From the NCBI GenBank assembly GCA_020353515.1, contig CP070695.1, forward strand, positions 1,570,100 to 1,634,099: DNA of 64,000 nt. Reading direction: 5' to 3'. A program made the position numbers and the translations under genes. Shown here piece by piece: positions 48,554 through 58,542 of this stretch. The notes below the pieces were generated by a model. That model saw nothing but the letters and a program-made list of their open reading frames with translations, did not search any database and was not told the origin of the DNA. Every line of letters starts with the position of its first letter. Positions within the stretch are counted from its first letter, which is position 1. Source of the stretch: Candidatus Heimdallarchaeota archaeon (GTDB lineage Archaea; Asgardarchaeota; Heimdallarchaeia; Hodarchaeales; Hodarchaeaceae).

Positions 48554-49639
48554 ATGGCTTTGGTATTTGAACAATTAAATCCTCATGCCTGTTTGTCTTA
48601 TTTAGTGAAAAAAGAAGGATCAGATGAGTCCATCTTAATTGATCCTATCTTAGACCATGTCAAAGAATATCTAATAATATTAGAAGATCAAGGTTTGAAA
48701 TTAACACATATCATTGACACACATACCCATGCAGATCATATCTCTGGGGCAGCAGCTCTTAAAGACCGAACGGATTGCAAGATAATCATGCATGAAAACG
48801 CACCTGCTAGGTGCGTAGATATTCGTGTTAAGGAAGGAGACGAACTAGATCTTCTAGGAACGCCAACCAAAGTTATTCACACACCTGGCCATACTCAAGA
48901 TTCAATTTCTTTAGTATTTGAAGAATCCAATAGGATTTTCACTGGTGATGCCTTATTTTTAGACGATGGTGGAGCTGGTAGAGATGATTTACCTGGTGGG
49001 GATCCTAGTAAACATTATGATAGTATTCAAAAGTTTTTACGTCTACCTGACCATCTTGTTGTTTTTCCTGCTCATGAGTATCGTGGGCGTAAACCATCCA
49101 CTCTTGCTAAACAAAAGATAAACAATCCACACCTCAAACTACAAACTCGGGAAGAATTTATTCAGTATCTTGAAGATCTAAAGCTTGGTCCTGCAGATTG
49201 GATGCATGACGTTCTCAAATCAAATTATGCTTGTGCTCGTGATCCAAGTGGCATTTGGATACCTGTTGACTCGCCTGCATGTGAAGTAAAGGGTACCTTA
49301 GAAATAGGTGTTAATGAACAGGTTGTTTCTTCGATATCAGTCCAAGAGCTTAGGAATCGATTAGATGCTAGACAAACTCCTTTAATGATTGATGTACGAG
49401 AAGAAAATGAACTAAAAGGACCACTTGGTCATTTACAGGATATTAAACACATACCATTAGGTCTTTTAATCTCCAATCTTGAAAGACTCTCCAATCTTAA
49501 GGATCAAGAGATTATCTTAGTATGTCGTAGTGGAGCGAGAGCACATACCGCTGCACAAATTATGCAGAAAAAAGAATTCAGTAAAGTATTTGTTTTGGAG
49601 GGTGGTATGAAAGCCTGGAGAGATATGGCACCAAGTTAA
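48554..49639 (+). CDS. MBL-fold persulfide dioxygenase-like protein with rhodanese fusion
   Basis: DTHTHADHISG, HTPGHT, FTGD, PAHEY; C-terminal CRSGAR rhodanese. Confidence 0.9.
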   Translation: MALVFEQLNPHACLSYLVKKEGSDESILIDPILDHVKEYLIILEDQGLKLTHIIDTHTHADHISGAAALKDRTDCKIIMHENAPARCVDIRVKEGDELDLLGTPTKVIHTPGHTQDSISLVFEESNRIFTGDALFLDDGGAGRDDLPGGDPSKHYDSIQKFLRLPDHLVVFPAHEYRGRKPSTLAKQKINNPHLKLQTREEFIQYLEDLKLGPADWMHDVLKSNYACARDPSGIWIPVDSPACEVKGTLEIGVNEQVVSSISVQELRNRLDARQTPLMIDVREENELKGPLGHLQDIKHIPLGLLISNLERLSNLKDQEIILVCRSGARAHTAAQIMQKKEFSKVFVLEGGMKAWRDMAPS

Positions 49640-49663
49640 TCCCATCGAAAGGGCGAATAATCT

Positions 49664-50623
49664 ATGAATGACCGAAAAAAGTACCCCACTCAAGAGGTTG
49701 AACCAGAGAATTTCTTAGATAATGACGAGGTTATGAGACTCTTAGAAACATGTGAGAATTATGAATTCAAACAAGAGGATTATCTTAAATTGTTAAATTG
49801 TGTTCATTGTAATGCATGTGGAACTTCAGAGGAGAGATGTCAGCTAAATTCTAAATTTTTAAAAGATGGAAATGAAATTGAGGGCCTTGCTGAAATGATT
49901 TCCAGTTTTGAAAAGTATGGTACTCCATATTCTACAGATAAAATGCGTATTAGAAGGCCTGAAGGCATTCCTGAAGAGAGTAAGACTCTTTATTACATGG
50001 GTTGTTTGTCAACAATCAGAGTCCCACGCTATACTGATAATTCATTGAAATATCTACTAAAACAGAATGTCGATTTTACAATACTAGATAAAGAAATGTG
50101 CTGTGGATACCCGCTATATGTCTCTGGTGCTTTTGAGGAATATGAAAAATGCAAAAAAGAGAATGTAGAAATATTCAAATCCTACGAGAAGATCATTTGC
50201 GCTTGTCCTGCATGTTATCATGTGTTCAAAGCCCAATATCAGGAAAATGTTGATGCAGAGATTTCATTTGTCGTAGATTATTTAAGACCAGCAGATACAA
50301 AGAAAACAGGTCAGGTTGCTGTTCAACATCTCTGCCAATTAATGAATCGTGGATATCCTGAAGTAACAAAGTTTGTAAATGATGTTCTCCAAGAATCGGG
50401 GTATGAGATTCTTGATGTTCCTCATTGGTGTTGTGGAGGTGGGATTGGATATATGCACAGACTTGATATTATTGATAAAATAGTACAAAAAAGAATGGGT
50501 GATTTCAACGAAGGAGATTATAGTACCACATATTGTGTTTCGTGCTGGTGGATTCTCTCCAGGTTTGGTAGAAAATATAAGATCAAACCAAAACCTAAAG
50601 ACATTTTTGAGTTATTGTTATAA
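49664..50623 (+). CDS. CCG-domain Fe-S oxidoreductase (HdrD/GlcF-like)
   Basis: CVHCNAC; YMGC, EMCCG, CPAC, HLC, WCCGGG, CVSC. Confidence 0.85.
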   Translation: MNDRKKYPTQEVEPENFLDNDEVMRLLETCENYEFKQEDYLKLLNCVHCNACGTSEERCQLNSKFLKDGNEIEGLAEMISSFEKYGTPYSTDKMRIRRPEGIPEESKTLYYMGCLSTIRVPRYTDNSLKYLLKQNVDFTILDKEMCCGYPLYVSGAFEEYEKCKKENVEIFKSYEKIICACPACYHVFKAQYQENVDAEISFVVDYLRPADTKKTGQVAVQHLCQLMNRGYPEVTKFVNDVLQESGYEILDVPHWCCGGGIGYMHRLDIIDKIVQKRMGDFNEGDYSTTYCVSCWWILSRFGRKYKIKPKPKDIFELLL

Positions 50624-50647
50624 TTTCCTGGTAATGGGTTAACAACA

Positions 50648-51715
50648 ATGGAAATTCCAATTCTAGTATTTACTTTAGTTGTTGGAATTTTTACTGGAGT
50701 TATACTTCAGAGAGGACGAGTATGTACTAATTCAGCGTTTAGAAATTTGCTATTTGCACGAAATACTGAACTTATGATGATTGTTGTATTAACTGTAACA
50801 GTTGAGCTTATTGGTTATCAAATCCTAGAAATTTTCTCGCTTCCTGGGTTCACCTTTGAATCGAATCCAATTCCTCTTTCAATAATTTTGTTACCGATTG
50901 GTGGTTTCTTATTTGGATTAGGTACGGTATTCGCCGGAGGATGTGCCGGAGGGATTTGCTATCGGATTGGTGAAGGCTCGTTCAAAGCACTCTTAGCATT
51001 TCTAGGGTTTGCCACTGGGATAGGAATTCTTTCTATTGGACCTTTAAGTGAAATAACAATTAATTTTCGTGCTTCCACATCTTGGTTAATAGATGGTAGA
51101 GTTCCTTCTTTGGAGATGATTTTTCCTCGTTGGATCTGGACCATAGTTGCATTAGTTTTAGCTCTTAGCGGAATAATGTATTATTATAAGAAGGAAACAA
51201 AACAATTGACGCATTTACTACCACACTGGACACCTCTAGTTTCTGGAATATTATTAGGTTTTTTAGGAGTAGCCTCACGGTATTTATCAACATTAAGTGG
51301 GCGAGCTTTTGGTTTTTCGACAACTGATGGCATAGGTGAAATTTTTCAGGTTATTGCTTCTTTTCTTGGTTTTTTCTCTCCCATACAAATTGGTTGGGCT
51401 GGATTATTCATTCTCGGTCTTATTTTTGGAGCTGCTGTATCTTCGATTCAGATTCATGAATTCAAACTAAAATTTCCTAATCAATTGGATATTATACAGT
51501 TCTTTGGAGGGGGTCTCTTAATGGGATTTGGTGCCATGCTAGCACTAGGTTGTAATTTCGGCCATGTCTTTGGTGGTATTCCTGAATTAGGACTTTCTTC
51601 ATTCTTAGCCTTAATTTTTATGATTACTGGTAATTGGGTTGGTTCCTATATCTACTATTCTGTAATGGCCAAAGAACTACCTGAATCAACCCCAATAAAC
51701 TTATCAGTAGAGTAG
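50648..51715 (+). CDS. YeeE/YedE (TsuA-like) thiosulfate/sulfur transporter
   Basis: QRGRVC, GGCAGG, ALGCNFGH. Confidence 0.9.
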   Translation: MEIPILVFTLVVGIFTGVILQRGRVCTNSAFRNLLFARNTELMMIVVLTVTVELIGYQILEIFSLPGFTFESNPIPLSIILLPIGGFLFGLGTVFAGGCAGGICYRIGEGSFKALLAFLGFATGIGILSIGPLSEITINFRASTSWLIDGRVPSLEMIFPRWIWTIVALVLALSGIMYYYKKETKQLTHLLPHWTPLVSGILLGFLGVASRYLSTLSGRAFGFSTTDGIGEIFQVIASFLGFFSPIQIGWAGLFILGLIFGAAVSSIQIHEFKLKFPNQLDIIQFFGGGLLMGFGAMLALGCNFGHVFGGIPELGLSSFLALIFMITGNWVGSYIYYSVMAKELPESTPINLSVE

Positions 51716-51739
51716 AAGTTTAATTATTGAGAATTAACA

Positions 51740-52498
51740 ATGAGCAAAGATTCAGAATCAACTCACATGTCTTCAAATCTAACCGATTTGATTGTAATTA
51801 TTCCAGCCAGAAATGAAGAAGAAGCATTATCTGAGTTAATTCCAAAGGTTATTTCTTCAATCACGAAAAAAGTAATTGTCATTGATAATAGATCAACTGA
51901 TCGAACAGCAGAAGTTGCTCAAAATGCAGGAGCGATTGTGGTACACCAAAAACGATTGGGATATGGTTCTGCATGTCTTTCAGGGATGAAATTCATCGAA
52001 ACAAATTATAAAACACCAAAATTTGTCTGTTTTTTCGATGGAGATGGTCAGAGTTCTGTCGAAGACATCATTGGAGTAGCCTATCCTGTATTATCAGGTA
52101 AAAGTCAATACTGTCAAGGTACTCGCATGATTTACGAGTCTTCAATTCGAGCACTAACTTCAATGGCTCGAATTGCGAATCGATTCTTTTCTAAGATATT
52201 AACACTACTTTGGCACCAAACAATTAGTGATCTTGGGCCCTTAAGAGTTATGACTTGGAAAGAACTGTGCGCGCTTAATATGAAATCTTCTGGGTATGGG
52301 TGGACGATTGAGATGTCATCAAAAATATTGAAATCTAGAAAAACTCACTGTGAAATTCCAGTACAATATAAACACAGAAAAACAGGAACAAGCAAGATTT
52401 CAGGTAACTTTTTCACTGCTATTCGAGCTGCTTTTGTAATGAGTCTCACACTACTGCAAGTGATGATATTCTGGAGGCCTAAATTTGAAATCTGTTAA
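51740..52498 (+). CDS. GT2 glycosyltransferase (DPM1-like)
   Basis: IIPARNEE, DNRSTD, GYGSAC, FDGDG, DLGPLR, YGWTIEM. Confidence 0.9.
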   Translation: MSKDSESTHMSSNLTDLIVIIPARNEEEALSELIPKVISSITKKVIVIDNRSTDRTAEVAQNAGAIVVHQKRLGYGSACLSGMKFIETNYKTPKFVCFFDGDGQSSVEDIIGVAYPVLSGKSQYCQGTRMIYESSIRALTSMARIANRFFSKILTLLWHQTISDLGPLRVMTWKELCALNMKSSGYGWTIEMSSKILKSRKTHCEIPVQYKHRKTGTSKISGNFFTAIRAAFVMSLTLLQVMIFWRPKFEIC

Positions 52499-53255
52499 TG
52501 AAATAGGTGTCATTGTATTTACCAAAGTACCAAAAGTTAGTTTTGTTAAAACACGTTTATATCATCCACAGCTTGATCGAAATTATGTTTCTAAACTTCA
52601 AACAGCCATGTTAAAAGATACATTATTGATGCTGGGGAAGATTCCTATCAATTTTGTACCAATACTGTCATTTTTCCCTAAAGAGGATATCCAAACATTA
52701 GAACGACTTATCATCAAGCCCTTGAAGCCTTTAATATCTAAATCTCTTGAAAAATACCATGTTGTTCCTCAGAAAGGCGAAACTATAGTTGACCGATTTA
52801 CGAATGTATTTTCTTATGCTTTTAACGAATTGAACCTTGGATCAGTAATTATTATTGGATCCGACACCCCACATTTACAACCAAATTTGATAATGCAAAG
52901 CTTTAAGCTTTTGAGACAAAATATTAATGCTGCAGTCTTGGGGCCATCACAAAATGGAGGTTTTTACTTACTAGGTCATAATAGGCCGTTTATAGAAAAT
53001 ATCGGAGACATTTTTCAAAAACAATCCTCTTTACATGAACTCGGGAGTTGTATGGACTTATTAAATTCGAAAGGTCATCTGGTACATATAATACCAGAAG
53101 TAACTGATATTGACACTTTCGAAAATCTGAAAAGTGTCCGAATAATTATTAATATTTTATCACTTACGTCTTCCGAATCAATAAATTCATATTATCCTCG
53201 ATTTACATATCAATTACTTAACTCACTTGAAGAATCATTTTGGGTTAGCCATTAA
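52485..53255 (+). CDS. DUF2064/TIGR04282 family (CofC-like) transferase
   Basis: FTKVP...VKTRL, QKGE, IGSDTP, LGPSQNGGFYL, DIDT. Confidence 0.85.
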   Translation: MKSVNEIGVIVFTKVPKVSFVKTRLYHPQLDRNYVSKLQTAMLKDTLLMLGKIPINFVPILSFFPKEDIQTLERLIIKPLKPLISKSLEKYHVVPQKGETIVDRFTNVFSYAFNELNLGSVIIIGSDTPHLQPNLIMQSFKLLRQNINAAVLGPSQNGGFYLLGHNRPFIENIGDIFQKQSSLHELGSCMDLLNSKGHLVHIIPEVTDIDTFENLKSVRIIINILSLTSSESINSYYPRFTYQLLNSLEESFWVSH

Positions 53256-53287
53256 CCATTTTTAACACGCCCAACAGCTGTTTCATT

Positions 53288-54727
53288 TTGGAGGATTATA
53301 ACATGACAATTCACCTAGGAATGCTAATTTGGCTGGTAGGTGGTTCCTTCTTTCTCTTATGTGCTTTATATTACATTTTTGAGCTTATGCCCGCATATTT
53401 TAGGCACCGACGGAGTTACCTCAATCCAAATGTTCCTTCAGATGAAGAAATCCTGTCTCTTCTACGAATGAAAAACCAAAAGTTTCCTCGAATCAAATTT
53501 CAGATTACCACACGGGGAAAAGAAGTTGAAGTGGTACAACGAAGTATTGATAGCATTGTTCTACTTGCAGATGTCAGTCCTTTATTTGAACAGTATATTG
53601 AATTGCTAATTGTAACAGAGGAATCACTAGAAAGGGATATTTTCTCAGATTACTTCAAATCAAAGGGAATCACCTTTCCTGCAGAAGTTATTTGTGTTCC
53701 AAAAGAGTATCAAACCCGTAATGAAACTATGTTTAAAGCTAGGAGTCTGCATTATTCTCTTGAATATCGAAAAGCTAATGGAAATGATTCTAAGCATAAT
53801 TCTCCCTCATACATCTATTATTTCGATTCAGAGTCTACTATTACTGAAACAGACTTTCGGAGAGTTATACATTCCTTAATATCGTCTCCTGAAAAGAGGA
53901 TTTTTGAAGGAGCAATAATCTATCCTCATAAATATTTTGATGCAAACATCATCAGTCGCCAAATGGAATCAGTAAGACCTTTCAATTGTCACCACTGTGC
54001 GGAAGTTATGAAAAAACCTCCCCCACTTCATTTGCATGGTTCAAACTTATTAGTTGAAGAAAAATTAGTTGATTCTATTGGGTGGGACTTTGGAAAAGTC
54101 TATAACCAACCATTACTTGCTGAAGATATCGTTTTTGGTTTGAAAGTATATGCAAAATATGGCTCACAACCGTTTGGGTGGCATGGTGGGAGAATTTATG
54201 AACAACCACCTCTCTCTGTTCGTGCTTCATTTCATGCACGTTTGAGATGGGTTACTGGCACATGGCAAGCTCTCTCTTTCATGAAAATTCAACCAGAATA
54301 TCAAAATCTCCCATGGCGAACAAGAACATGGATTCAATTTAGAATGCGTATCAGACTTCTCGCTCACTCTCTAAGTTTTCTTACTGTATTCTTCTTATTA
54401 TTTAGCCTACTATTGTTTCTATTCCCTTCGATATTCGCTGTGTTTGATACTGATCTGGCTTCACCAGAATTTAGAACACTCCAATATGTGGTTTCTAGAT
54501 TTTTTTTACTACCAGCAACATTCTTTTGGCTATTTACTATTTTGAATGGGGCTTCGAAGAATATTGAGCCATTGAATCTCTCAAGAAAACATCAGTTACT
54601 AGAAGCCTGTAAAATGCTAGTTGTAACACCTATCGCTGGTGTTATTGATTCGTTTTGTGCTTTCTATGCATCCTTTAGGTGGATTTTAGGAAAACCATAT
54701 AACTCTTGGAATGTGACGTTAAAATAG
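53288..54727 (+). CDS. Membrane GT2 glycosyltransferase, egghead-like
   Basis: FKARSLHY, FDSES, HGSNLL, LAED, RLRW. Confidence 0.8.
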   Translation: MEDYNMTIHLGMLIWLVGGSFFLLCALYYIFELMPAYFRHRRSYLNPNVPSDEEILSLLRMKNQKFPRIKFQITTRGKEVEVVQRSIDSIVLLADVSPLFEQYIELLIVTEESLERDIFSDYFKSKGITFPAEVICVPKEYQTRNETMFKARSLHYSLEYRKANGNDSKHNSPSYIYYFDSESTITETDFRRVIHSLISSPEKRIFEGAIIYPHKYFDANIISRQMESVRPFNCHHCAEVMKKPPPLHLHGSNLLVEEKLVDSIGWDFGKVYNQPLLAEDIVFGLKVYAKYGSQPFGWHGGRIYEQPPLSVRASFHARLRWVTGTWQALSFMKIQPEYQNLPWRTRTWIQFRMRIRLLAHSLSFLTVFFLLFSLLLFLFPSIFAVFDTDLASPEFRTLQYVVSRFFLLPATFFWLFTILNGASKNIEPLNLSRKHQLLEACKMLVVTPIAGVIDSFCAFYASFRWILGKPYNSWNVTLK

Positions 54728-54832
54728 GATAGTGATGAAATTATAGAAGATCACAAGGTTAGTGGACCATTAGGGATAATTTATACAGTTAAACAGCATT
54801 CCTCTGAAATAATTCTAATTCTTACAGGCTTT

Positions 54833-56167
54833 GTGCTATTACTTTCCTTAGAAATACTTATACTCACTACTAATCTAAATCGTTCGATTTTTTTCTTTGA
54901 AATGATTTTTTTCTTACCTTTTCTCAGTTACCTCTTAGCAATTTTACTGTTTAAGAACGAAAATTCAGAATTTTCTAGAAATAAGTTAATCATCGTTATT
55001 GGATTTGCATTCATTTTTCAGGTAATCATTCTATCCACCAGTATCTCGTTGTCAGATGATATTTATCGGTTTTACTATGAAGGAAAAGCGATCATAAATG
55101 GGGTAAATCCATATGTTACTCCAATTGAAGAGTTTCCTGAAAATCTCAAGGACCAATATTTTGATAAAGTGAATAATCTACATGTAACATCTCCATATCC
55201 TCTTGTAGCGACGTTTCTATTTGCCTGTCTCTATTTAATTTATCCAAATCCCTTTATTTATCGAATTTTTTTCTCCTTTGGTTTTCTTGTTTCAATACTA
55301 GCCTGTTATAAACTGATTTCACCACGAACCAAGGAGAAATTAATCATCTATGCTTGGAATCCACTTCTTCATATTGAGACAGCAAATGGATCACATTTTG
55401 AAGCATTAGTTGTATTAATTGTAATAATAGCTCTCTTATGTTTAGACTCAAAACATTATGCAATTTCTGGATTCTTTCTCATCTTAGGCTTTTTGTTGAA
55501 ATACTATCCAATTCTCCTCGTGTTTCCATTTTGGAAACAATTGGGTAGGAGAGGATTAGCTGTTATATTCACTGGGGTATTTTTATACGCTTTATTCGTT
55601 GTTTTAAACTCATTTTTGATTCATGGGTTATTGGTTTTCGCAAATGAGTGGTACTTCAATGCAAGTATTTTCTGGTTAGTATATGAGTTACTAGAGAATT
55701 TCTTCTTATCAAAGATTCTAGTTGGAATTGTTTTCTTAATCCTTCTTTTTATTATCGTGGTTAGAACTCAAATTGATAATAACACGTCTTATAAGTACGC
55801 TATTTTTACAATTGGTTCATTTTTACTACTTCAACCAGTCTTTCATCCATGGTATATTTTCTGGTTATTCCCCTTTTTGATTATTGATAATAGAATGAAT
55901 TTTAGCTGGATTATCTTATCTGGAACCTTGATTCTATCCTATCACGTGTATATCTTATATGATACTATTGGAATCTGGGTCGAATCAAATCCTTTTAGAA
56001 TGATTGAGTATATCCCTTTTTTTGGTATTCTTATTTTTGAAATTTGGGCTCTTAGGAGGAAAAACCAAGAATATTCTCCTTCTAAATTCAGTACATTGTC
56101 TAAAAAAGTTAAAATCTACTATAGAAAATTCGCAGGAATTAATAATGACAGGTATGAAACATCTTAG
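54833..56167 (+). CDS. GT-C fold (GT87/DUF2029-like) polyprenyl-phosphate-sugar transferase
   Basis: SDDIYR...G.NPY, YP, YAWNPL, GSHFE, KYYP, HPWY; true start probably upstream (~54740). Confidence 0.8.
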   Translation: MLLLSLEILILTTNLNRSIFFFEMIFFLPFLSYLLAILLFKNENSEFSRNKLIIVIGFAFIFQVIILSTSISLSDDIYRFYYEGKAIINGVNPYVTPIEEFPENLKDQYFDKVNNLHVTSPYPLVATFLFACLYLIYPNPFIYRIFFSFGFLVSILACYKLISPRTKEKLIIYAWNPLLHIETANGSHFEALVVLIVIIALLCLDSKHYAISGFFLILGFLLKYYPILLVFPFWKQLGRRGLAVIFTGVFLYALFVVLNSFLIHGLLVFANEWYFNASIFWLVYELLENFFLSKILVGIVFLILLFIIVVRTQIDNNTSYKYAIFTIGSFLLLQPVFHPWYIFWLFPFLIIDNRMNFSWIILSGTLILSYHVYILYDTIGIWVESNPFRMIEYIPFFGILIFEIWALRRKNQEYSPSKFSTLSKKVKIYYRKFAGINNDRYETS

Positions 56168-56462
56168 AATTAGTGTAATAAAGAAAAATGGGAAGTGTCC
56201 ACATTTAGTTGGAGATACTTGGGAAGTTCCTTATGCGTTAATGAAACCCGAAGGCTTGTGTGATGATGCTCACTATGTTTTAATTCCATATCTGAGTATG
56301 GCAGCTGGAGGAGGGACATCATGGGAGAAAGATGGAAAGTGGAGGATTCATTGTCCATCCAAAACAGGGATAATCTTTGAAATTGAAAGATTAAAAAAGG
56401 ATCATAAATGGCCCGAGGATTTCTCTTGGGCAAAAAAGAAAAAAATTGAAGAGATAAGTTAA
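56154..56462 (+). CDS. TIGR04076-like small Cys protein
   Basis: GKCPHLVGD, PEGLCDDA, HCP..IIFEIER. Confidence 0.75.
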   Translation: MKHLRISVIKKNGKCPHLVGDTWEVPYALMKPEGLCDDAHYVLIPYLSMAAGGGTSWEKDGKWRIHCPSKTGIIFEIERLKKDHKWPEDFSWAKKKKIEEIS

Positions 56463-56472
56463 TCCCATTTAA

Positions 56473-56988
56473 CTAAAGAAGGAAGTATGCAAATTTGTTG
56501 GGTATTTTTTCTTTTAACCAATAATCAATACCATACCAACGGCCTGCACCAACCAAAGCACAGGTAACGCATCCGATGAATAGTAACGCATAAGTCCAAG
56601 GCCAATCTACTCCTAAAGCACCAAGGCCTAGAATAATTGTAGAACCAGCACCAATAATTGATCCAAGGCGTGTAAATAAACCAAATGTAAGTGTGACAGA
56701 TATCAATAGTTCAGCTATCATCCATCCTAATGCAAAAATAATCCAATTTGGGAAAATAAATTCTACAATTAATGCATCTATAGGAGTGGAGATGTGATTA
56801 GGATCGTCAATAAAATATCGAATTGTACCCTCGAAACCATAATCAAACCCTGATGTGGTAAAAACTTCTTTAGTGAAATTACTTAACCATGTTGTGAAAA
56901 AGGCTAGTCCAAGAGTTATACGCAAAAGAACGAGATAGCCTCCAGAAATTTTCTGCTCATGCATTTCTTTTATTACTTCTCTTGCCAA
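56473..56988 (-). CDS. DoxX/DoxD (TQO small subunit-like) membrane protein
   Basis: LLRITLG, ELLI..FGLFTR, AGRWYGID. Confidence 0.85.
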   Translation of the reverse strand: MAREVIKEMHEQKISGGYLVLLRITLGLAFFTTWLSNFTKEVFTTSGFDYGFEGTIRYFIDDPNHISTPIDALIVEFIFPNWIIFALGWMIAELLISVTLTFGLFTRLGSIIGAGSTIILGLGALGVDWPWTYALLFIGCVTCALVGAGRWYGIDYWLKEKIPNKFAYFLL

Positions 56989-57100
56989 CGTTTACCATCC
57001 TATAATTTTGTAATGAAAACCAAATCAATGTTATAATTGATTATTCCTATTTTCTTATTAAATGTGTAATCATTCTTAAATCGTATAATCTGTCCTAGGA

Positions 57101-57583
57101 TTATATTAACATTTTAATCCATAAGGGAAGATTTTTCTTAGATAGCTTATCATCCACTCCAAAATATAATCCTGGGTGAGTGCAAAAGAATAAAAATAGT
57201 GAAATAGCTGCCATGGCCCAAGGGATGATTAGATCGATTATTCCTAAACCTAATCCAGCTAGTCCAATTAAGAAACCGTTTAAGCTTGCAATAAGGGCTC
57301 CTCCTCTAGCTAAAGTACCTGAAAGCAAACTTATAGAAGAAATTATTTCAAGAGAAATGATTACTAAGAATATTAAAAACCAATTTGTGATGGCAATTTC
57401 CATAATTTGATTTGGATATAATGCAGGTCCTTGAGCCATTTGAGTTATTCTTTCCTCGAAATTACCGAGATCAGGTGTTAATAAACGGCGTATAACAGTT
57501 CCTAACCAGATTAAACCGACAAAGATTCGCAAGGAGACAATTAATTTTTTCTGGTCTTCGATGCTAGTTTTAATAATAACCAT
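57101..57583 (-). CDS. DoxX-like membrane protein
   Basis: LRIFVGLIW, EII...GTLAR, FGVD. Confidence 0.75.
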   Translation of the reverse strand: MVIIKTSIEDQKKLIVSLRIFVGLIWLGTVIRRLLTPDLGNFEERITQMAQGPALYPNQIMEIAITNWFLIFLVIISLEIISSISLLSGTLARGGALIASLNGFLIGLAGLGLGIIDLIIPWAMAAISLFLFFCTHPGLYFGVDDKLSKKNLPLWIKMLI

Positions 57584-57706
57584 AGGTTAGAAAGTCCTAT
57601 GCTTTTAAAAGGTTACATCTTCGAAATTCGCTTATATTGTAATCTTTCGGAAAAGAAGTCTTTTATTATTTATGAATTGTTTGAGTTTTGACCAATTTAT
57701 CATGTT

Positions 57707-58516
57707 TTGGAGATATCAATGAAACTACATTATGATTTTTCTGTAAAAGATGTTTCTGATGCTTATGACGGACCTGTTGGATTACTCTGGGAGGTTCTTA
57801 TGGGAGACCATATTCATGTAGGTGGAGAAGCTGAAACAAAACGCCTGGCAGATAAACTTGGTGTTAATCAGAGTACCTATTTGCTAGATGTCTGTTCAGC
57901 ACTTGGTGGTCCAGCACGATATTTAGCAAAAAACTATAGAGCTAAAATTGTTGGTCTTGATATTACAGAAACAATGCTTAAAAAAGCTCAGGAACGTACT
58001 GAAGAGGAAAACTTATCGAATCTAATTGAGTATCGTAGAGGAAATGCCCTTGATATTCCTGAGAGAAGCAATATCTTTGATGTTGTCTGGGGACAAGATG
58101 CATGGTGTTATATTACCTCTAAGGAGAGGTTGATTGAAGAAGTTGTACGGGTATGTAAACCAGGTGGGAAAATTGGATTTACGGATTGGATTCTTGGATC
58201 TACCCCTATGAGTTCTCAAGAAGAAGCTGATTTTCTATTTGAGTTTATGATTTTTCCGAATATGGAAACGATAGAAGGATATAAGACTTTACTAGAGAAA
58301 AATAATTGTAAAATCATTGAAATTGAGGATCTCCAAGAAGATTTTACAAAACACCTGCATATATATTTAGAAAAAGTCCGAAGCATAAAGGAAGATATAA
58401 TCAAAGAGTTTGGAGAAGAAATATACCAGGCTGCTGAATCTGGGGTGAAAGCTTGGGTACAAGCTGCAGATAATAAAAAAGTTAGCAGAGGTTTATGGGT
58501 AGCTGAAAAATTATAA
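57707..58516 (+). CDS. Class I SAM-dependent methyltransferase (N-methyltransferase-like)
   Basis: HIHVGG, LDVCSALGGPAR, FDVVWGQDAW, KPGG. Confidence 0.88.
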   Translation: MEISMKLHYDFSVKDVSDAYDGPVGLLWEVLMGDHIHVGGEAETKRLADKLGVNQSTYLLDVCSALGGPARYLAKNYRAKIVGLDITETMLKKAQERTEEENLSNLIEYRRGNALDIPERSNIFDVVWGQDAWCYITSKERLIEEVVRVCKPGGKIGFTDWILGSTPMSSQEEADFLFEFMIFPNMETIEGYKTLLEKNNCKIIEIEDLQEDFTKHLHIYLEKVRSIKEDIIKEFGEEIYQAAESGVKAWVQAADNKKVSRGLWVAEKL

Positions 58517-58542
58517 AGCATATATACCAACTTGGTGTTTTT

